A stretch of 64,000 nt of DNA. Source: Anaeramoeba ignava BMAN. Lineage: Eukaryota; Protista; Anaeramoebae. The translations under genes were made by a program, and so were the position numbers. The DNA is taken from NCBI GenBank assembly GCA_028826165.1, contig JAPDFW010000136.1, positions 62,001-126,000 of the forward strand, read 5' to 3'. Positions 28,990-43,413 of the stretch are shown in pieces (position 1 is the stretch's first letter; every line of letters begins with the position of its first letter). The notes beneath the pieces were generated by a model. That model was not told the origin of the DNA and searched no databases. It saw only the letters and a list, made by a program, of their open reading frames with translations.

Positions 28990-31900
28990 ATGGAAGAATC
29001 AAAAGAATCAAAAGAAATGAATATTTTATTTTCAAATAATTTTAGAGGTTTTTTTGAAAATCCACAACAAGGATTTGATATTGTTATTGAACATTTAGAA
29101 AAACAATCACAATCTTCAGAAGAAATAGTTAATTTTTTAAATGAAAGATTAAAAATTGAAACTGATTATGCAAAACAATTAGAAAAATTATCAAAAATAA
29201 CAATTTCAAACAATGAAAAACCGTATTTATTTTTGATAGATTTAATTTTAAAATTTATTTTTTTTTATTGATGAAGAAAAAAAAATTTTTTTGCTTTTTT
29301 TGCTCTTTTTTTTTTAAATCAAAAATAATAATAAAGTCAATTTCTTTCTGGTTTCGAAGCTTTATCAAGAGAACTTCAAGAAGTTTCAAATACTCATTTA
29401 CAGTTTGTTAATCTTTTAAAAAATGATATTATTTATCCAATTGAAAATTTAAAAACAATGCAAAAGAAAGTTCGAAAAAAAGTAGATATTCAATTTCTAA
29501 TTTTAATTTTAATTTTAATTTTAATTTTAATTTTAATTTTAATTTTAATTTTAATATTAATTTCAATTTTAATTTTAATTTCAATTTCAATTTTAATTTT
29601 AATTATAATTTTAATTTTAATTTTAATTTTAATTTAATTTTAATTTTAAATTTTAATTTTAATTTTAATTTTAATTTTAATTTTAATTTTAATTTTAATT
29701 TTAATTTTAATATTAATTTCAATTTTAATTTTAATTTTAATTTCAATTTCAATTTCAATTTCAATTTCAATTTCAATTTTAATTTTTAATTTTAATATTA
29801 ATTTTAATTTTAATTTTAATTCCAATTTCAATTTTAATTTTTAATTTTAATATTAATTTTTATTTAATTTTCATTTTAATTTAAAATTTTAATTTTAATT
29901 TTAATTTTAATTTTAATTTTAATTTTAATTTTAATTTTAATTTTAATAATTTTAATTTTAATTTTAATTTTAATTTTAATTTTAATTTTAATTTTAATTT
30001 TTAATTTTTAATTTTAATTTCAATTTTAATTTTTAATTTTAATATTCAATTTTAATTTCAATTTTAATTTCAATTTTAATTTCAATATTAATTTTAATTT
30101 AATTTTAATTTTTAATTTTAATATTAATTTTAATTTCAATTTTAATTTTTAATTATATTTTAATATTCAATTTCAATTTTAATTTTAATTTTAATTATAA
30201 TTTTTAATTATAATTTTAATTTAATTTTAATTTTAATTTTAATTTTAATATTAATTTAAATTTTAATTTTAATTTTAATTTTAATTTTAATTTTAATTTT
30301 AATATTAATTTTAATTTTAATTTTAATTTTAATTTTAATTTTAATTTTAATTTTAATTTTAATTTTAATTTTAATTTTAATTTTAATTTTAATTTTAATT
30401 TTAATTTTAATTTTAATTTTAATTTTAATTTTAATTTTAATATTAATTTTAATTTTATAAATTAATTTTAATTTTAATTTTAATTTTAATTTTAATTTTA
30501 ATTTTAATTTTAATTTTAATTTTAATTTTAATTTTAATATTAATTTTAATTTTAATTTTAATTATAATTTTAATTTAAATTTCAATTTTAATTTCAATTT
30601 TAATTTCAATTTTAATTTTAATATTAATTTTAATTTTAATTATAATTTTAATTTTAATTTTAATTTTAATATCAAATTGAAAAGGTGATTTCAGATTTTC
30701 GTAAAATGACAAAAGAATTAACAATTTCTATTCAAAAAGTTGCTAAAGCTCAACAAAAATATGAGAAAATTGGATCAGAAATTAGAAAATTAGATACATC
30801 ACTTAGTGAAATTGAAAAAGAAAGCAAAAAGCAATCAATTGAACTAAAAATTGAAAATTTAAAAATTGAACATTTAAATGCAGCTGGAGAATATAAATCT
30901 GAAATAATAGAATATAATGCAATGAAAAATAAATATGATGCAATGCTAACAGAAAAATTAGATGTAAAAAATTCAATTCAAAAAAATTCAATTCAAAAAA
31001 ATTCAATTCAAAAAAATTCAATTCAAAAAAATTCAATTCAAAAAAATTCAATTCAAAAAAATTCAATTCAATTTAAAATTTTATTCCTTTTTTTTGGAAA
31101 AGTTCTTTCAACATCAATTAATGGAAAGAAATAGAGGGATAAAAGCAGCATTTGTTTGTTATACAAAAATTTATCAAGATTTAGTAAATTTTTATTGATT
31201 AAAAAAACAGAAATTTGGATTGAAAAATTTAATTGAAAAATTTTAAAGGTTAATAAAAAAAAGGAATCAAATCAAAAATTTCAGGATATTTGCCAATCAA
31301 TCGATCCAAAAAAAGATTTTGCATTATTTGTTGATAAAGAAAAAACATCAACAAAAAGATTTGAAAATGAATTTTTTCAAGATATTGTAATAATTAAAAT
31401 AATAATTAAAATAATAATTAAAATAATAATTAAAAAAATAATTAAAATAATAATTAAAAAAATAATTAAAATAATAATTAAAATAATAATTAAAATAATA
31501 ATTAAAATAATAATTAAAATAATTATTAAAATAATAATTAAAATAATTATTAAAATAATAATTAAAATAATTAAAATAATAATTAAAATAATTATTAAAA
31601 TAATAATTAAAATAATTAAAATAGAAAGTAACTATTCAAAAAAATCAAGAAAGTTTGAAAAGAACAACATCTTTAGGATTTCAATCAAAAGCTTTTTCAC
31701 CATCATCACCAAGAAAATTTTCAATAAGATCACAAACAGAAACAAATGAAAAATCAAATATACAACAACTAACACCACCAACACCACCAACACCACCAAC
31801 ATTATCAACATTATCAACATTATCAACAGAAAACTCAAATCCAAACCCAATTTCAAATTCAAATTCAAATTCGAAATTCAAATTCAAATTCAAATTCAAA

Positions 31901-32183
31901 TTCAAATTCAAATTCGAAATTAAATTCAAATTTAAATCCAAATCCAAATCCAATTGAAAATCAAAATAAAATTGAAAATCAAAATAAAATTGAAAATCAA
32001 AATCAAAAAAAAGTTAAAGCAATTTTTCAATTTGTTGGTGAAGCTGAAGATGAATTATCTTTTGAAGTTGATGAAATTATTATTGTTTTAAATGAAGAGT
32101 CTGGTTGGGGTTTAGGATATTTAGAATCAGATTTTGAAAAGAAACCTGGTGCTTTTCCTTTGAATTATGTTTCAGATTTTTAA
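28990..32183 (+). CDS. F-BAR (FCH) + SH3 domain protein, 6 exons
   Basis: FSNNFRG..QGFDIV..FLNERLKIETDYAKQLEKLSK (FCH); five GT-AG introns splice in frame; C-terminal VKAIFQF...EDELSF...SGW...GAFPLNYV SH3; one frame break in the SN tract near 31870-31950. Confidence 0.85.
29482..30684 (+). repeat. Intron made of TTTTAA hexamers
   Basis: GTAGAT donor, AAAAG acceptor. Confidence 0.9.
30964..31072 (+). repeat. 15-bp intronic repeat (AAAAATTCAATTCAA), ~7 copies
   Basis: Begins at the GT donor. Confidence 0.9.
31387..31624 (+). repeat. Intron made of 12-bp AATAATTAAAAT repeats
   Basis: GT and AG are single-base variants of the first and last units. Confidence 0.9.
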
Positions 32184-32437
32184 ATTAATTTTTAAATTGA
32201 TTTTTAAATTGATTTTTAAATTAAATTTTTAAATTGAATTTTAAATTGATTTTTAAATTAAATTTTAAATTGATTTTGATGTTTCTTTTTATTCTTTTTT
32301 TTTTAAATTTGAAAAAAAAAAAGAGAAGAAAAAAAAAGCAATAAAAGAAATTAAAAAAAAAGAACTTGGCTCTCTATATTTCATTACAAAGGAGACACAA
32401 AGATTCATTTTGGTAAAAAAAAAATGATAAATTGAAA

Positions 32438-35400
32438 TTAATTTTGATTTTGTAAATTTGTATCATTATTAATATTTGGATTTGTAAATTCTTTTTTGAT
32501 TATTTGAGATTGAGGATTTAAATAATTTTGAGAAAGATCATTATCAATAAATTTTTCATTTTCATTTTCATTTTCATATTTGAAATTTAAAAAATTATTA
32601 TTTTTTTTTTGAAGGAATTGATTTTGAAATTTAAAAATTATTTTTTGATTTTGATTTTGATTTTGATTTTGAATTTGAATTTGATTTTGATTTTGAATTT
32701 GATTTTGATTTTGATTTTGATTTTGAATTTGAATTTGATTTTGAATTTGATTTTGATTTTGATTTTGAATTAAATTTTGATTTTCAATTTCAAATTGATT
32801 TTTAAAATAAATATCATCATTAACAACTGTTTTTTCATCATAATTATTCATATATTTGTTAATTTCATTATTGAGATTATTTTCAATTTCAAATTGATTT
32901 TGATTTTGATTTTGATTTTGATTTTGATTTTGATTTTGGAATTGATTTTGATTTTGATTTTCAATTTCGAATTGATTTTGATTTTGAATTTCAAATTGAT
33001 TTTGATTTTGATTTTGATTTTGAATTAGATTTTGATTTTGATTTTGATTTTGGAATTGATTTTCAAATTGATTTTCAATTTCAAATTGATTTTGATTTTG
33101 ATCATCATTAATAATAAGATTTTCATTTTCATTTTCAAATTGATTTTGATTTTGAATTTCAAATTGATTTTGATCATCAATAATAAGATTTTCATTTTCA
33201 TTTTGATTTTCATTTTCATTTTCATTTTCAATTTCATTTTCAATTTCAAATTGATTTTGATTTTGAATTTCATTTTCATTTTCATTTTCAATTTCAAATT
33301 GATTTTGATTTTGAATTTCAAATTGATTTTGATCATCATTAATAATAAGATTTTCATTTTGATATTGATTTTCATTTTGATTTTGATTTTGATTTTGATT
33401 TTGATTTTCAATTTCAAATTCAAATTGATTTTGATCATCAATAATAAGATTTTCATTTTGATTTTGATACTGATTTTGATTTTGATTTTGATTTTGATTT
33501 TGATTTTGATTTTCATTTTGATTTTCATTTTCATTTTCATTTTCATTTTCATTTTCATTTTCATTTTCAATTTCATTTTGATTTTCATTGTTATTGTTAT
33601 TTTCATTTTCTGATTCTTTTTTGGCATTAAATTTTTTGATTTGTTCTTGAAGAGCATAAAGTGTATTTGTAGAAAGTTTATCAATTTCAATAAAAATTTC
33701 ACTTTTAGAATAATCAATTAATTGAGGATCATTTTTGGAAATTATTTTGGAAATTTTTTTCATTTGTTTTTCTTCTAATAAAGAAATTTGGGTTTTCAAT
33801 TCGACTTTTTCTTCATAAGAAAGAGGTTCGATATGAACCATTTGCTTCTTTTTATCTTTATGAGATTGTTTGCGGTTTTGTTTTTCAGAAGATTGAATAT
33901 CATCGAGGAATTTTTTTGCACTTGATAAAGAGCTTTGCCAAAATTGAAAATTACGATCAATTATGTTGCTTTCTTGAAATTGAACAAGTGATCTTTGGAT
34001 TTCAATATTGGGAAGAAACAATGAAGGTTGAGGCGGGACAATTTGGAAAGAAAGATAAACCAAGCACATTGTAAATTGTTGTATCAATATCATTGCTTCT
34101 GAAATTTGAGATAAATAGTCATCTTCAGGGGAGACTATGTTTTCATCCACTGAAGAAAATTCCTTTTGTTCAACTGCTAAGTTGGTTGATTGGGATAAAA
34201 CATCCAATATTTGAGTCTGAATAGATTCGATTTCTGATACTTTTTTATTGAAAGAAAAGTTGGTTTTATCTCCATTTTTAAACTGTTTAAATTCTTCCCG
34301 AATTGTTTTTTCAATCAACGAAAATTTTTTTTCAAATTCGCCAAGAAGTTCTTCAGCAAATCGAGAAATAAAACTTCCAAAACCGTTGAAGAGTTTTGCA
34401 TTGCTCATCATTAGATGAAAGTCTTCTGAGAATTCTTGAATAGAGTTGTATTGATTTTGAATAAGTTTTGTGTGCATTGTTCCCAGATCCATAGGATTTT
34501 TGACTATTTCCCGATAAGTTGGGCAAAAATCCGCGTCTGGATCTACTGGACGTAAAAATGGATAACCTTTTGGATGAGATTTAAAGTCTGTGAGTAATTC
34601 TTCGAGTTTCGGTTTTGAGAAAAGAAAGAGATCTTTTTTGAAATAATTTTTTTAAATAATTTTTTAAATAATTTCAAAATAATTTTTATATAAATTTTGA
34701 AATAATTTTTTAATAATTTTTTAAATAAATTTTTTAAATAAATTTTTTAAATAAATTTTGAAATAATTTTTTAAATAATTTTTTAAAATAATTTTTTAAA
34801 TAATTTTTGAAATAAATTTTTAAATAAATTTTTAAATAATTTTTTAAATAATTTTTTAAATAATTTTTTAAATAATTTTTTAAATAATTTTTGAAATAAT
34901 TTTTGAAATAATTTTTATACCGCGTTCGTTAATTGGTAGATCTTCAGGTTTCCTTTTTTTTATTTCTTCAGTTTCAATTGGTAAATTATCAGAATTCCGT
35001 TTTTTTCTTGTTGACTTTTTTTTGGTATGTCTTTTTTCTTTTTTTCTTCTATGTCTTTTTTTTGGACTTGAATCTTGAGAAATACTTTTTTTTAATTTTA
35101 ATTTTAATTTTAATTTTGATTTTGATTTTGATTTTCAATTTTAATTTTGATATTGATATTGAATTTGATTTTGATTTTGAATTTGATTTTAATTTTGATT
35201 TTGATTTTGATTTTGGTTTTGAATTTAATTTTGATTTTGATTTTAATTTAGATTTTGATATTGATTTTGATTTTGATTTTAATTTTGATTTTAATTTTAA
35301 TTTTGATTTTGATTTTGATTTTGAATTTGATTTTGAATTTGAATTTGAATTTGAATTTGATTTTAATTTGATGTTGATTTTGAATTTGAATTTGATTTTG

Positions 35401-36337
35401 ATTTTGAATTTGATTTTAATTTTGATTTTGATTTTAATTTTGATATTGATTTTGAATTTAATTTTGATTTTGATTTTGATTTTGAATTTAATTTTGATTT
35501 TGATTTTGATTTTGATTTTGATTTTGATATTGAATTTTTAATTTTAATTTTAATTTTGATTTTGATTTTGATTTTGATTTTGATTTTGAATTTGAATTTG
35601 AATTTGAATTTGAATTTGATTTTAATTTGATGTTGATTTTGAATTTAATTTTGATTTTGATTTTAATTTTGATTTTAATTTTGATTTTGAATTTGATATT
35701 GATTTTGATTTTGATTTTGATATTGAATTTGAATTTGATATTGAATTTGATATTGATTTTGAATTTGAATTTAATTTTGATTTTGAATTTAATTTTGATT
35801 TTGAAATTTTAATTTTGATTTTTTTTGATTTTTATTGATTTAATTTTGATTTTAATTTTTAATTTTAATTTTAATTTTTAATTTTGATTTTGATTTTAAT
35901 TTTGATTTTGATTTTGATTTTGATTTTGATTTTGATTTTGATTTTGATTTTGATTTTGATTTTGATTTTGATTTTGATTTTGAATTTGAATTTAATTTTG
36001 ATTTTGATTTTGAATTTGATTTTAATTTTGATATTGATTTTGATTTTAATTTTGATTTTGATTTTGATTTTGATTTTGATTTTGATTTTGAATTTGATTT
36101 TTGAATTTTTTGATTTTGAATTTAATTTTGAATTTAATTTTAATTTTGATTTTGAATTTTAATTTTATTTTGATTTTGATTTTGATTTTGATTTTGATTT
36201 TGATTTTGATTTTGATTTTGATTTTGATTTTGATTTTGATTTTGATTTTGATTTTGATTTTGATTTTGATTTTAATTTTAATTTTAAATAAAAAATTTAA
36301 GTTTAGATTAGATTAAAAGGAAATTTTACTTTTCCAT
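32438..36337 (-). CDS. Bromodomain + ET(NET) protein (GTE/BET-like) with long N/Q/E-rich tail, 3 exons
   Basis: [30 protein letters not shown]; ET domain [30 protein letters not shown]; introns 36329..35085 and 34920..34633; 8-nt first coding exon. Confidence 0.85.
34633..34920 (-). repeat. Intron made of 12-bp AAAAAATTATTT repeats
   Basis: Direct observation. Confidence 0.9.
35085..36329 (-). repeat. Intron made of AAAATC/AAATTC hexamers
   Basis: Direct observation. Confidence 0.85.
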
Positions 36338-36901
36338 TTTAACGTAAAAAAGAAAATAAAAAAATTTTTTTGATTTTTTGTTTTGTAAAGTTTTAAATTA
36401 AAAAGAAAAGCTAAAATTGAATAAAAGAATCAAGTTTTGCGTGAAATGGATTTAAATAAGAAAGAAAATTAAGGAGAATATATAAAAAAAAGTAAATAGG
36501 AAAGAGATTAATGCGTTTGTTAAATGATAAAAAATTTTAAAATGAAAAAAAACCTTTTATTATTTTTGGTTTTTTTTTTTTGATTTTTCTTTCTGTTAAA
36601 TTTTTTTTTTTTTGATTTTTTTTTTTAAATAAAAGTTAATAAAAAAAGAAAAAGGAAAAGAAAAAAAAACAAGTTAAGTGATAAATGAAAATTTAAATTA
36701 TTTTTTCTTTTAAATTAACCGTTAATTTATTTTTAATTAATTTTTTAATAGTGGGCAATAATTGAAAAAAAAAAAATTTTTTTAAAAGAGAAATAATTAA
36801 TAATTTTTTTAAATTTTTTACTAATTTTTATTATTTTTATTTATTTTATTTTATTTTTTATTTATTTCATTTTTTTTCTTTATTTTTTTTAAATTAATAA
36901 A

Positions 36902-39900
36902 ATGGAAATAGAAATACAAGAAGCAGAACAATTTTTATCAAATATTTTTAAAAAAACAATTTCTTTTAATTTAAATGAATTAAAATTTTCAATTAAAATT
37001 TGTAAATTATTGAAAAGAATTTATCCAGAAATTGAATTTTCTATTTCAAAGTATCAAAAACAAATATTTTTTCTATTTTTGCTTTTTTTACTTTCTTTTT
37101 AAAAGTAGATAAAAAAGAATTGTTTATAATTTAAAAATTTTATTTAGAATAATTTTTAATAATTTATTTTTAATTTAATATTTTATTTATAATTTAATAA
37201 TTTATAATTTAATTTTATTTATAATTTAATTTATAATTTAATTTATAATTTTAATTTATAATTTTATTTATAATTTTATTTATAATTTAATTTTTATAAT
37301 TTTTAATTTTTTTAATTTATAATTTATTTATTTTAATTTATAATTTAATTTTAATTTAATTTTAATTTAATTTAAATTTAATTTATAATTTAATTTATAA
37401 TTTTAATTTTATAATTTTATTTTTAATTTATAATTATAATTAATTTATATTTATAATTTTATTTATAATTTTTTTTTAATTTATAATTTTATTTATAATT
37501 TTTATTTATAATTTTATTTATAATTTTTATTTTTATTTATAATTTTAATTTTTATTTATAATTTTATTTATAATTTTATTTATAATTTTTTTTTATATTT
37601 TTATTTTTATTTTAATTTATAATTTTATTTATAAATTTTATTTATAATTTTATTTATAATTTTATTTATTTTATTTTATTTTTTTATTTTTATTTATAAT
37701 TTTATTTTATTTAATTTTATTTATAATTTATAATTTTTATAATTTTATTTTAATTTAATTTATAATTTAATTTATATTTTAATTTATTTTATTTATAATT
37801 TTTATTTTTAATTTTTTTATTTTATTTATTTTATTTTTATTTATTTTAATTTATATTTTTATTTTATTTATTTATTTATTTTATTTTAATTTTTATTTAT
37901 AATTTAATTTATAATTTTATTTTAATTTTTAATTTTAATTTATTTAATTTTAATTTATAATTTTTATTTATAATTTAATTTTATAATTTTAATTTTTATT
38001 TATAATTTTTATTTATTTTATTTATAATTTTATTTATAATTTTATTTATAATTTTATTTATAATTTTATTTATAATTTTATTTATAATTTTTTATTTATA
38101 TTTTATAATTTATTTTATAATTTTTATTTATAATTTTATTTATAGTTTTATTTTATAATTTAATTTATAATTTTATTTATAATTTTATTTATAATTTTAA
38201 TTTATAATTTTTATTTTAATTTTATTTATAATTTAATTTATAATTTTAATTTATAATTTTATTTATAAATTTAATTTATAATTTTATTTTAATTTTTTAT
38301 TTATAATAATTTTATAATTTTATTTATATTTTATTTTAATTTTTTATATTTTATTTTAATTTTTTATTTATAATAATTTTATAATTTTATTTATATTTTA
38401 TTTTAATTTTTTATATTTATAATTTAATTTATATTTAATTTATAATTTTAATTTTAATTTTATTTTTAATTTTATTTATAATTTATTTATAATTTATTTT
38501 TATAATTTAATTTTTAATTTTATTTATAATTTTATTTATAATTTAATTTTAATTTTTATTTATAAATTTTATTTATAATTTTATTTATAATTTTATTTAT
38601 AATTTTTATTTTAATTTATTTATTTTATAAATTTTTATTTTTTTATAATTTTATTTATAATTTTATTTATAATTTTATTTTTAATTTATTTAATTTTATT
38701 TATAATTTTTATTTATAATTTAATTTTAATTTTTTTATTTTAATTTATAATTTAATTTATAATTTAATTTATAATTTAATTTATAATTTAATTTTATTTT
38801 AATTTTATTTTTATTTAATTTTTAATTTTATTTTATTTTTAATTTATAATTTTAATTTATAATTTTAATTTATAATTTAATTTATATTTTAATTTATAAT
38901 TTAATTTTATTTTATAATTTTAATTTATAATTTAATTTATAATTTAATTTATAATTTATAATTTTTATTTAATTTATAATTTTATTTATAATTTTATTTA
39001 TAATTTTATTTATAATTTTATTTATAATTTTATTTATAATTTTATTTATAATTTTATTTATTTAATTTATAATTTAATTTATAATTTTATTTATAATTTT
39101 ATTTATAATTTTATTTATAATTTTATTTATAATTTTATTTATAATTTTTTAATTTATAATTTTATTTATTTATAATTTTATTTATAATTTTATTTATAAT
39201 TTTAATTTATAATTTTATTTATAATTTTATTTATAATTTAATTTATAATTTTTATTTTATTTATAATTTTATTTATAATTTTATTTATAATTTAATTTAT
39301 AATTTTATTTATAATTTAATTTATAATTTAATTTATAATTTAATTTATAATTTAATTTATAATTTTATTTATAATTTTATTTATAATTTTAATTTATAAT
39401 TTTATTTATAATTTAATTTATAATTTAATTTATAATTTTTAATAAAAAAAAAGAAACAATTCAGATGAAAACTTCAAAAACTTTTTTGAAGAATGCAAAA
39501 AACAAGAGATAATTGAAAAGGAAACAAATCCAACAACGGATAAACAAATAATATCAAAAATACTACTCAAAATAAAAGAAATCACAACATCACCAAATTC
39601 CCCAAAGAAAAAAATTAAAATAAAAGGACCAAAAAGCCCAAAAAAAGAAATAACATCAAAAGAACTAACAGCAATAATTCAAGAAAGACTTGAAACAACA
39701 AAAACAAACAAGAAAAAAAGTATAAAACAAAAAATGAATGAAGAAAAAATATTCTCAACAATCGAATCTACAAACGTTACAGAATGGGTTCTTCAGGATC
39801 CTGAACTCTACACAAAATCAAGCTTCGATTCAAAAGCGCCGATGCAGATCTCGCCTTTTTCTCTGCTCCAAGATCTCGAGCACATCCCTCAAGAAGTAAT

Positions 39901-42900
39901 CGCATCTCTTAAACAAAAATTCGCATCAAATGAATCAAGTTTTGATGCTCTCTTGATCAGTGAAACAGGAACAACATCAACCTCAAGCATTGCAATCACA
40001 TCACAAAACATTTGCATATATATTCAGGGCTCTCTGCATTTCCGATACAAATTTAACGCATCTCGATTAATTAAAGTGTTTTTGAGTCCTTCAAAACAAA
40101 ATCAATTGAAAATTATTTTTCCGAATCAAGAATTTGTTTTCCAAACAAGAAATCAACTGGAAGTTTTTTTGATATGGAAAGTAATTCTGATGTTTCAAAC
40201 CTACTATGGGAATCTCCCTGAAACACATCCGATCAGTGGTGATGTGATTGGGTTAGACCACGAAGTAGAAGCAATAGCACTTCGTTGTGAAGCCAAAAAT
40301 GAAGCTGTTTTTCCGGTTCAAATTTACATCTCGAAAGCAAACAAGGAATCCATAAACCTCAAACTTTCAGCAACTCATTTCACCTTATTTTCAGTCAATT
40401 CCCCAACATTAAGTTTGGCATGGGAATCCTCAGTTTTCCATTGTGTGGAGTTCAAAAATAATTCTTTACAAATACAAATTGCTTCAGCAATCCAAAATTT
40501 TGATTTTGCAAAAGAAAAGGAAAATTTGGATAAAATTAAAAAACAATCAAATGCAAATATAGTGATTGATTGCAATAATATCGGCAAAAGAAAATTAATT
40601 TCCAAATGCATTTCTTTGTTTTCGGAATCAAAATCATTCCCAAAAGAAAAACAGCCTGATTTGCCATCAAAACAATTTTCGATAAAAATGGAACAAGAAC
40701 AAAAAAACAACCAAAATTTACTTCCATTTTTGGCAGAACAAAATCTAAGAAAAAATTGTTTTGCAGAGTTTAATCTTGTTGATGGAGCACCAACAATCAT
40801 TCAGTCAAATACAATTTTAGAGCCTTTTGATTCACCACTATTTTTTTACGAAAGAGAAAGTGAACTTTTTGAAAAGCACCAAACAAACACTCTTTCTGAA
40901 TCGCGATTTCAAATTGAGACTTGCGGAATCCGTCAAGAAAATGTGGAACTTGTCTTGGATGTAAAGCATATTCAATTTCTATATCACAAAAACAAAAAAC
41001 TGTTGATTTCTCCATATTTCAAAGAAACAAGAATCCTCTTACATTCAAAAGAACCTCTTTATTTTGTTTTGATATTATCTCCCATTAAAAGATTTCTTCT
41101 CAAGACAAAAACAACAACCGAAAGAAGTAAAATATACAGAGATTTCACGAGATTCTTTAACATGCAAGAAGACAATAAACAAAACCCGACCAAAATTTAT
41201 CACACATTATCTCACATAAGCACACGCAAATATTCAGATGAAATCACAAAACTCTCACAGTCTTTGTCTTCTTTGTCGTATTTACGCACAGCATTATTCA
41301 ATTATTTTCCTGATGAAAAAATCAAAAAAAGCCAAATCGATCAAGATTTGCAAAACTCATCGCAATTCAATATTTTTGTTGCAAATTCTTTTAATCAAAT
41401 TGTTGGGATTGGAAATATAACTTTATACACATCGCACTTCGAGTTTATATTCAAGGGAGCGGATGATACCGCCCTTCTCTCAAACCCCGAACACTCTTCC
41501 ATCATAATTTCTCGGAAAATATAGTTGTTATTCGCTTCCTCTTTTCCAAAACGATCCTGATAGTTTATTCTGCAAGTTTTTTCTTGATGAGGATAGTTTT
41601 GTGAACATAGTTTTTCCTTCTGCACAAACAAGGAATATTTTTATTAATGATTTCTCGATGAAAAGACGACCATTTGTAGATAATAATGTTCTAAAAGGAT
41701 TTGCGCATCGATGCACCTTTATAAGCTCCAAAGGATCTGAGGAAGGCTTTATCAATCTTGAAAGCGATCATTACACTGTCAAAACAAATCTTGATTCTTT
41801 TTCATTAATATACGCTCATTCAAACGCAATTGAAAAAATTGATAAGAAATCGGGAAAATTTTATTTCAGTCCAACAACATATTTTATCGTTGAATTTGAA
41901 ACTGAAGCTAAGTTTGAGATTTTCCTTGATGATTTCGAAATTAAACGAGAAGCATTCATCTCGAAATCGGCTGGTTTTGGATATGAAACATTCCGAACAT
42001 TTATCTATGAAAAAGGAGGCAAATTAATGAGTGCAAAAGTGATTCTTTCAAGAAATCACATCGCAATCGTCACAGATCCCTTTGTCGCATTTATTCACAT
42101 GCGTCTCAATCTCCAGTTCTTGGTTTATGGCGTTAAAATGCTGAAAATAGAAATCCCAGAAATAGCATCTCTTATTCTTGAGTTCTCTCAGCCTCGAAGA
42201 AGAGCCAAGTTCATTCAATCGTGCAGATCACTTCAAAATAAGCTTTTCGACAAAATGTTCCTAAACCAAAATCTTCCGCAAGTTTTTCATGCGTTTTTTC
42301 TTCATGAAAAAGGAAAACCATCAACAACAAAAATAGAGATTCATTCCGAGGATATTATATTCTTTACCCAGAAAACAATTATTCGCAAATATATTCCCAA
42401 TATCAAACTATTTTTTGATGATTCATTTCCTCGAGTTTACAGGATTGATTTCACTGATTCACAGAAAAATATTTTCTTCACTCTTGCAGACAACACCCAA
42501 CATGAACATTTCACAAGCATTTTAAAACACCACCAAAACGAGCTTCATAAGAAACGCAAACAACAAATCGAGCATCTTACAATTGCAAGAAAAAACTTGC
42601 TCGAAACAGATTTTTATGTCTCTTTACTCAACAATGATTCCCAACTAATCCAGGAAGGAATTCTTTCGTTTTCCGATAAAGTGATTGAGTTCAGAAATAT
42701 CCAACAAAATATTTACATTTCTTTGGACCAAATTGCAAATATTACAGAAAAATCAAATGATCCAAAATCACTCAAAATTGACACAATCTCATTTTCTTAT
42801 ATTTTTTCTTTTTCCTCGCCAATTCTCGCCAAATCATTTCTCAAAACATATATTTTTGTTCGTCCACAAAATTCTTGGATTGTTGCTCTTCTTGATGAAA

Positions 42901-43391
42901 ATTCTAATTTTCTTCGTAATGCAAAAATAGAAATTTCAAAATCACAAATTATTCTTACTGATAATGATTCTGAAATTAGTTTTGATGCAAATGATTCTCA
43001 AATTTCATCGCGAAATGACCAACCACTTTCAGTTAAAATTACAAACCAAGACAATTCTTATATCTTCAAATTATACTCTCAACCCAATTTTGAACAATTC
43101 TTTTCTCAACTTTCTAATATCTATTTTTTGAAAAAATTCAATATTCAATTAGTGGATGAAGAAAATAATCAAAATAAAAATGCTTTTTTAAAATTCCAAA
43201 AAGAACAGATTCAAATTGAAATTTCTGAAAAAGAAAAAATTGCATTTTCAAGAAAACAAACTGAACTTATAACAAATCCAGAAATAGGAAATAAAGTGAA
43301 ACTGATCAACAATAATGAAACTTATGTGATTTTATTTTCTTCTTTAAAAATAGCTGAACAATTTCAGAAATCATTTAATCGTTTGAATTAA
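36902..43391 (+). CDS. Large protein: N-terminal calponin-homology-like domain + tandem PH-like repeats (one +1 frame break near 41515)
   Basis: Intron 37051..39453 joins EAEQFLSNIF..ICKLLKRIYP to ENFKNFFEECKK (CH-like); then ~90-100 aa beta-rich units each ending in an amphipathic helix. Confidence 0.6.
37051..39453 (+). repeat. 2.4-kb intron of degenerate TTTATAATTTTA repeats
   Basis: Almost purely A/T array. Confidence 0.85.
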
Positions 43392-43413
43392 AAAGAAAAC
43401 AAAAAAGAATTTT

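Noticed and set aside
32355-32432. SECIS element
   Set aside because: No in-frame TGA in the flanking genes and no convincing AUGA/GA core
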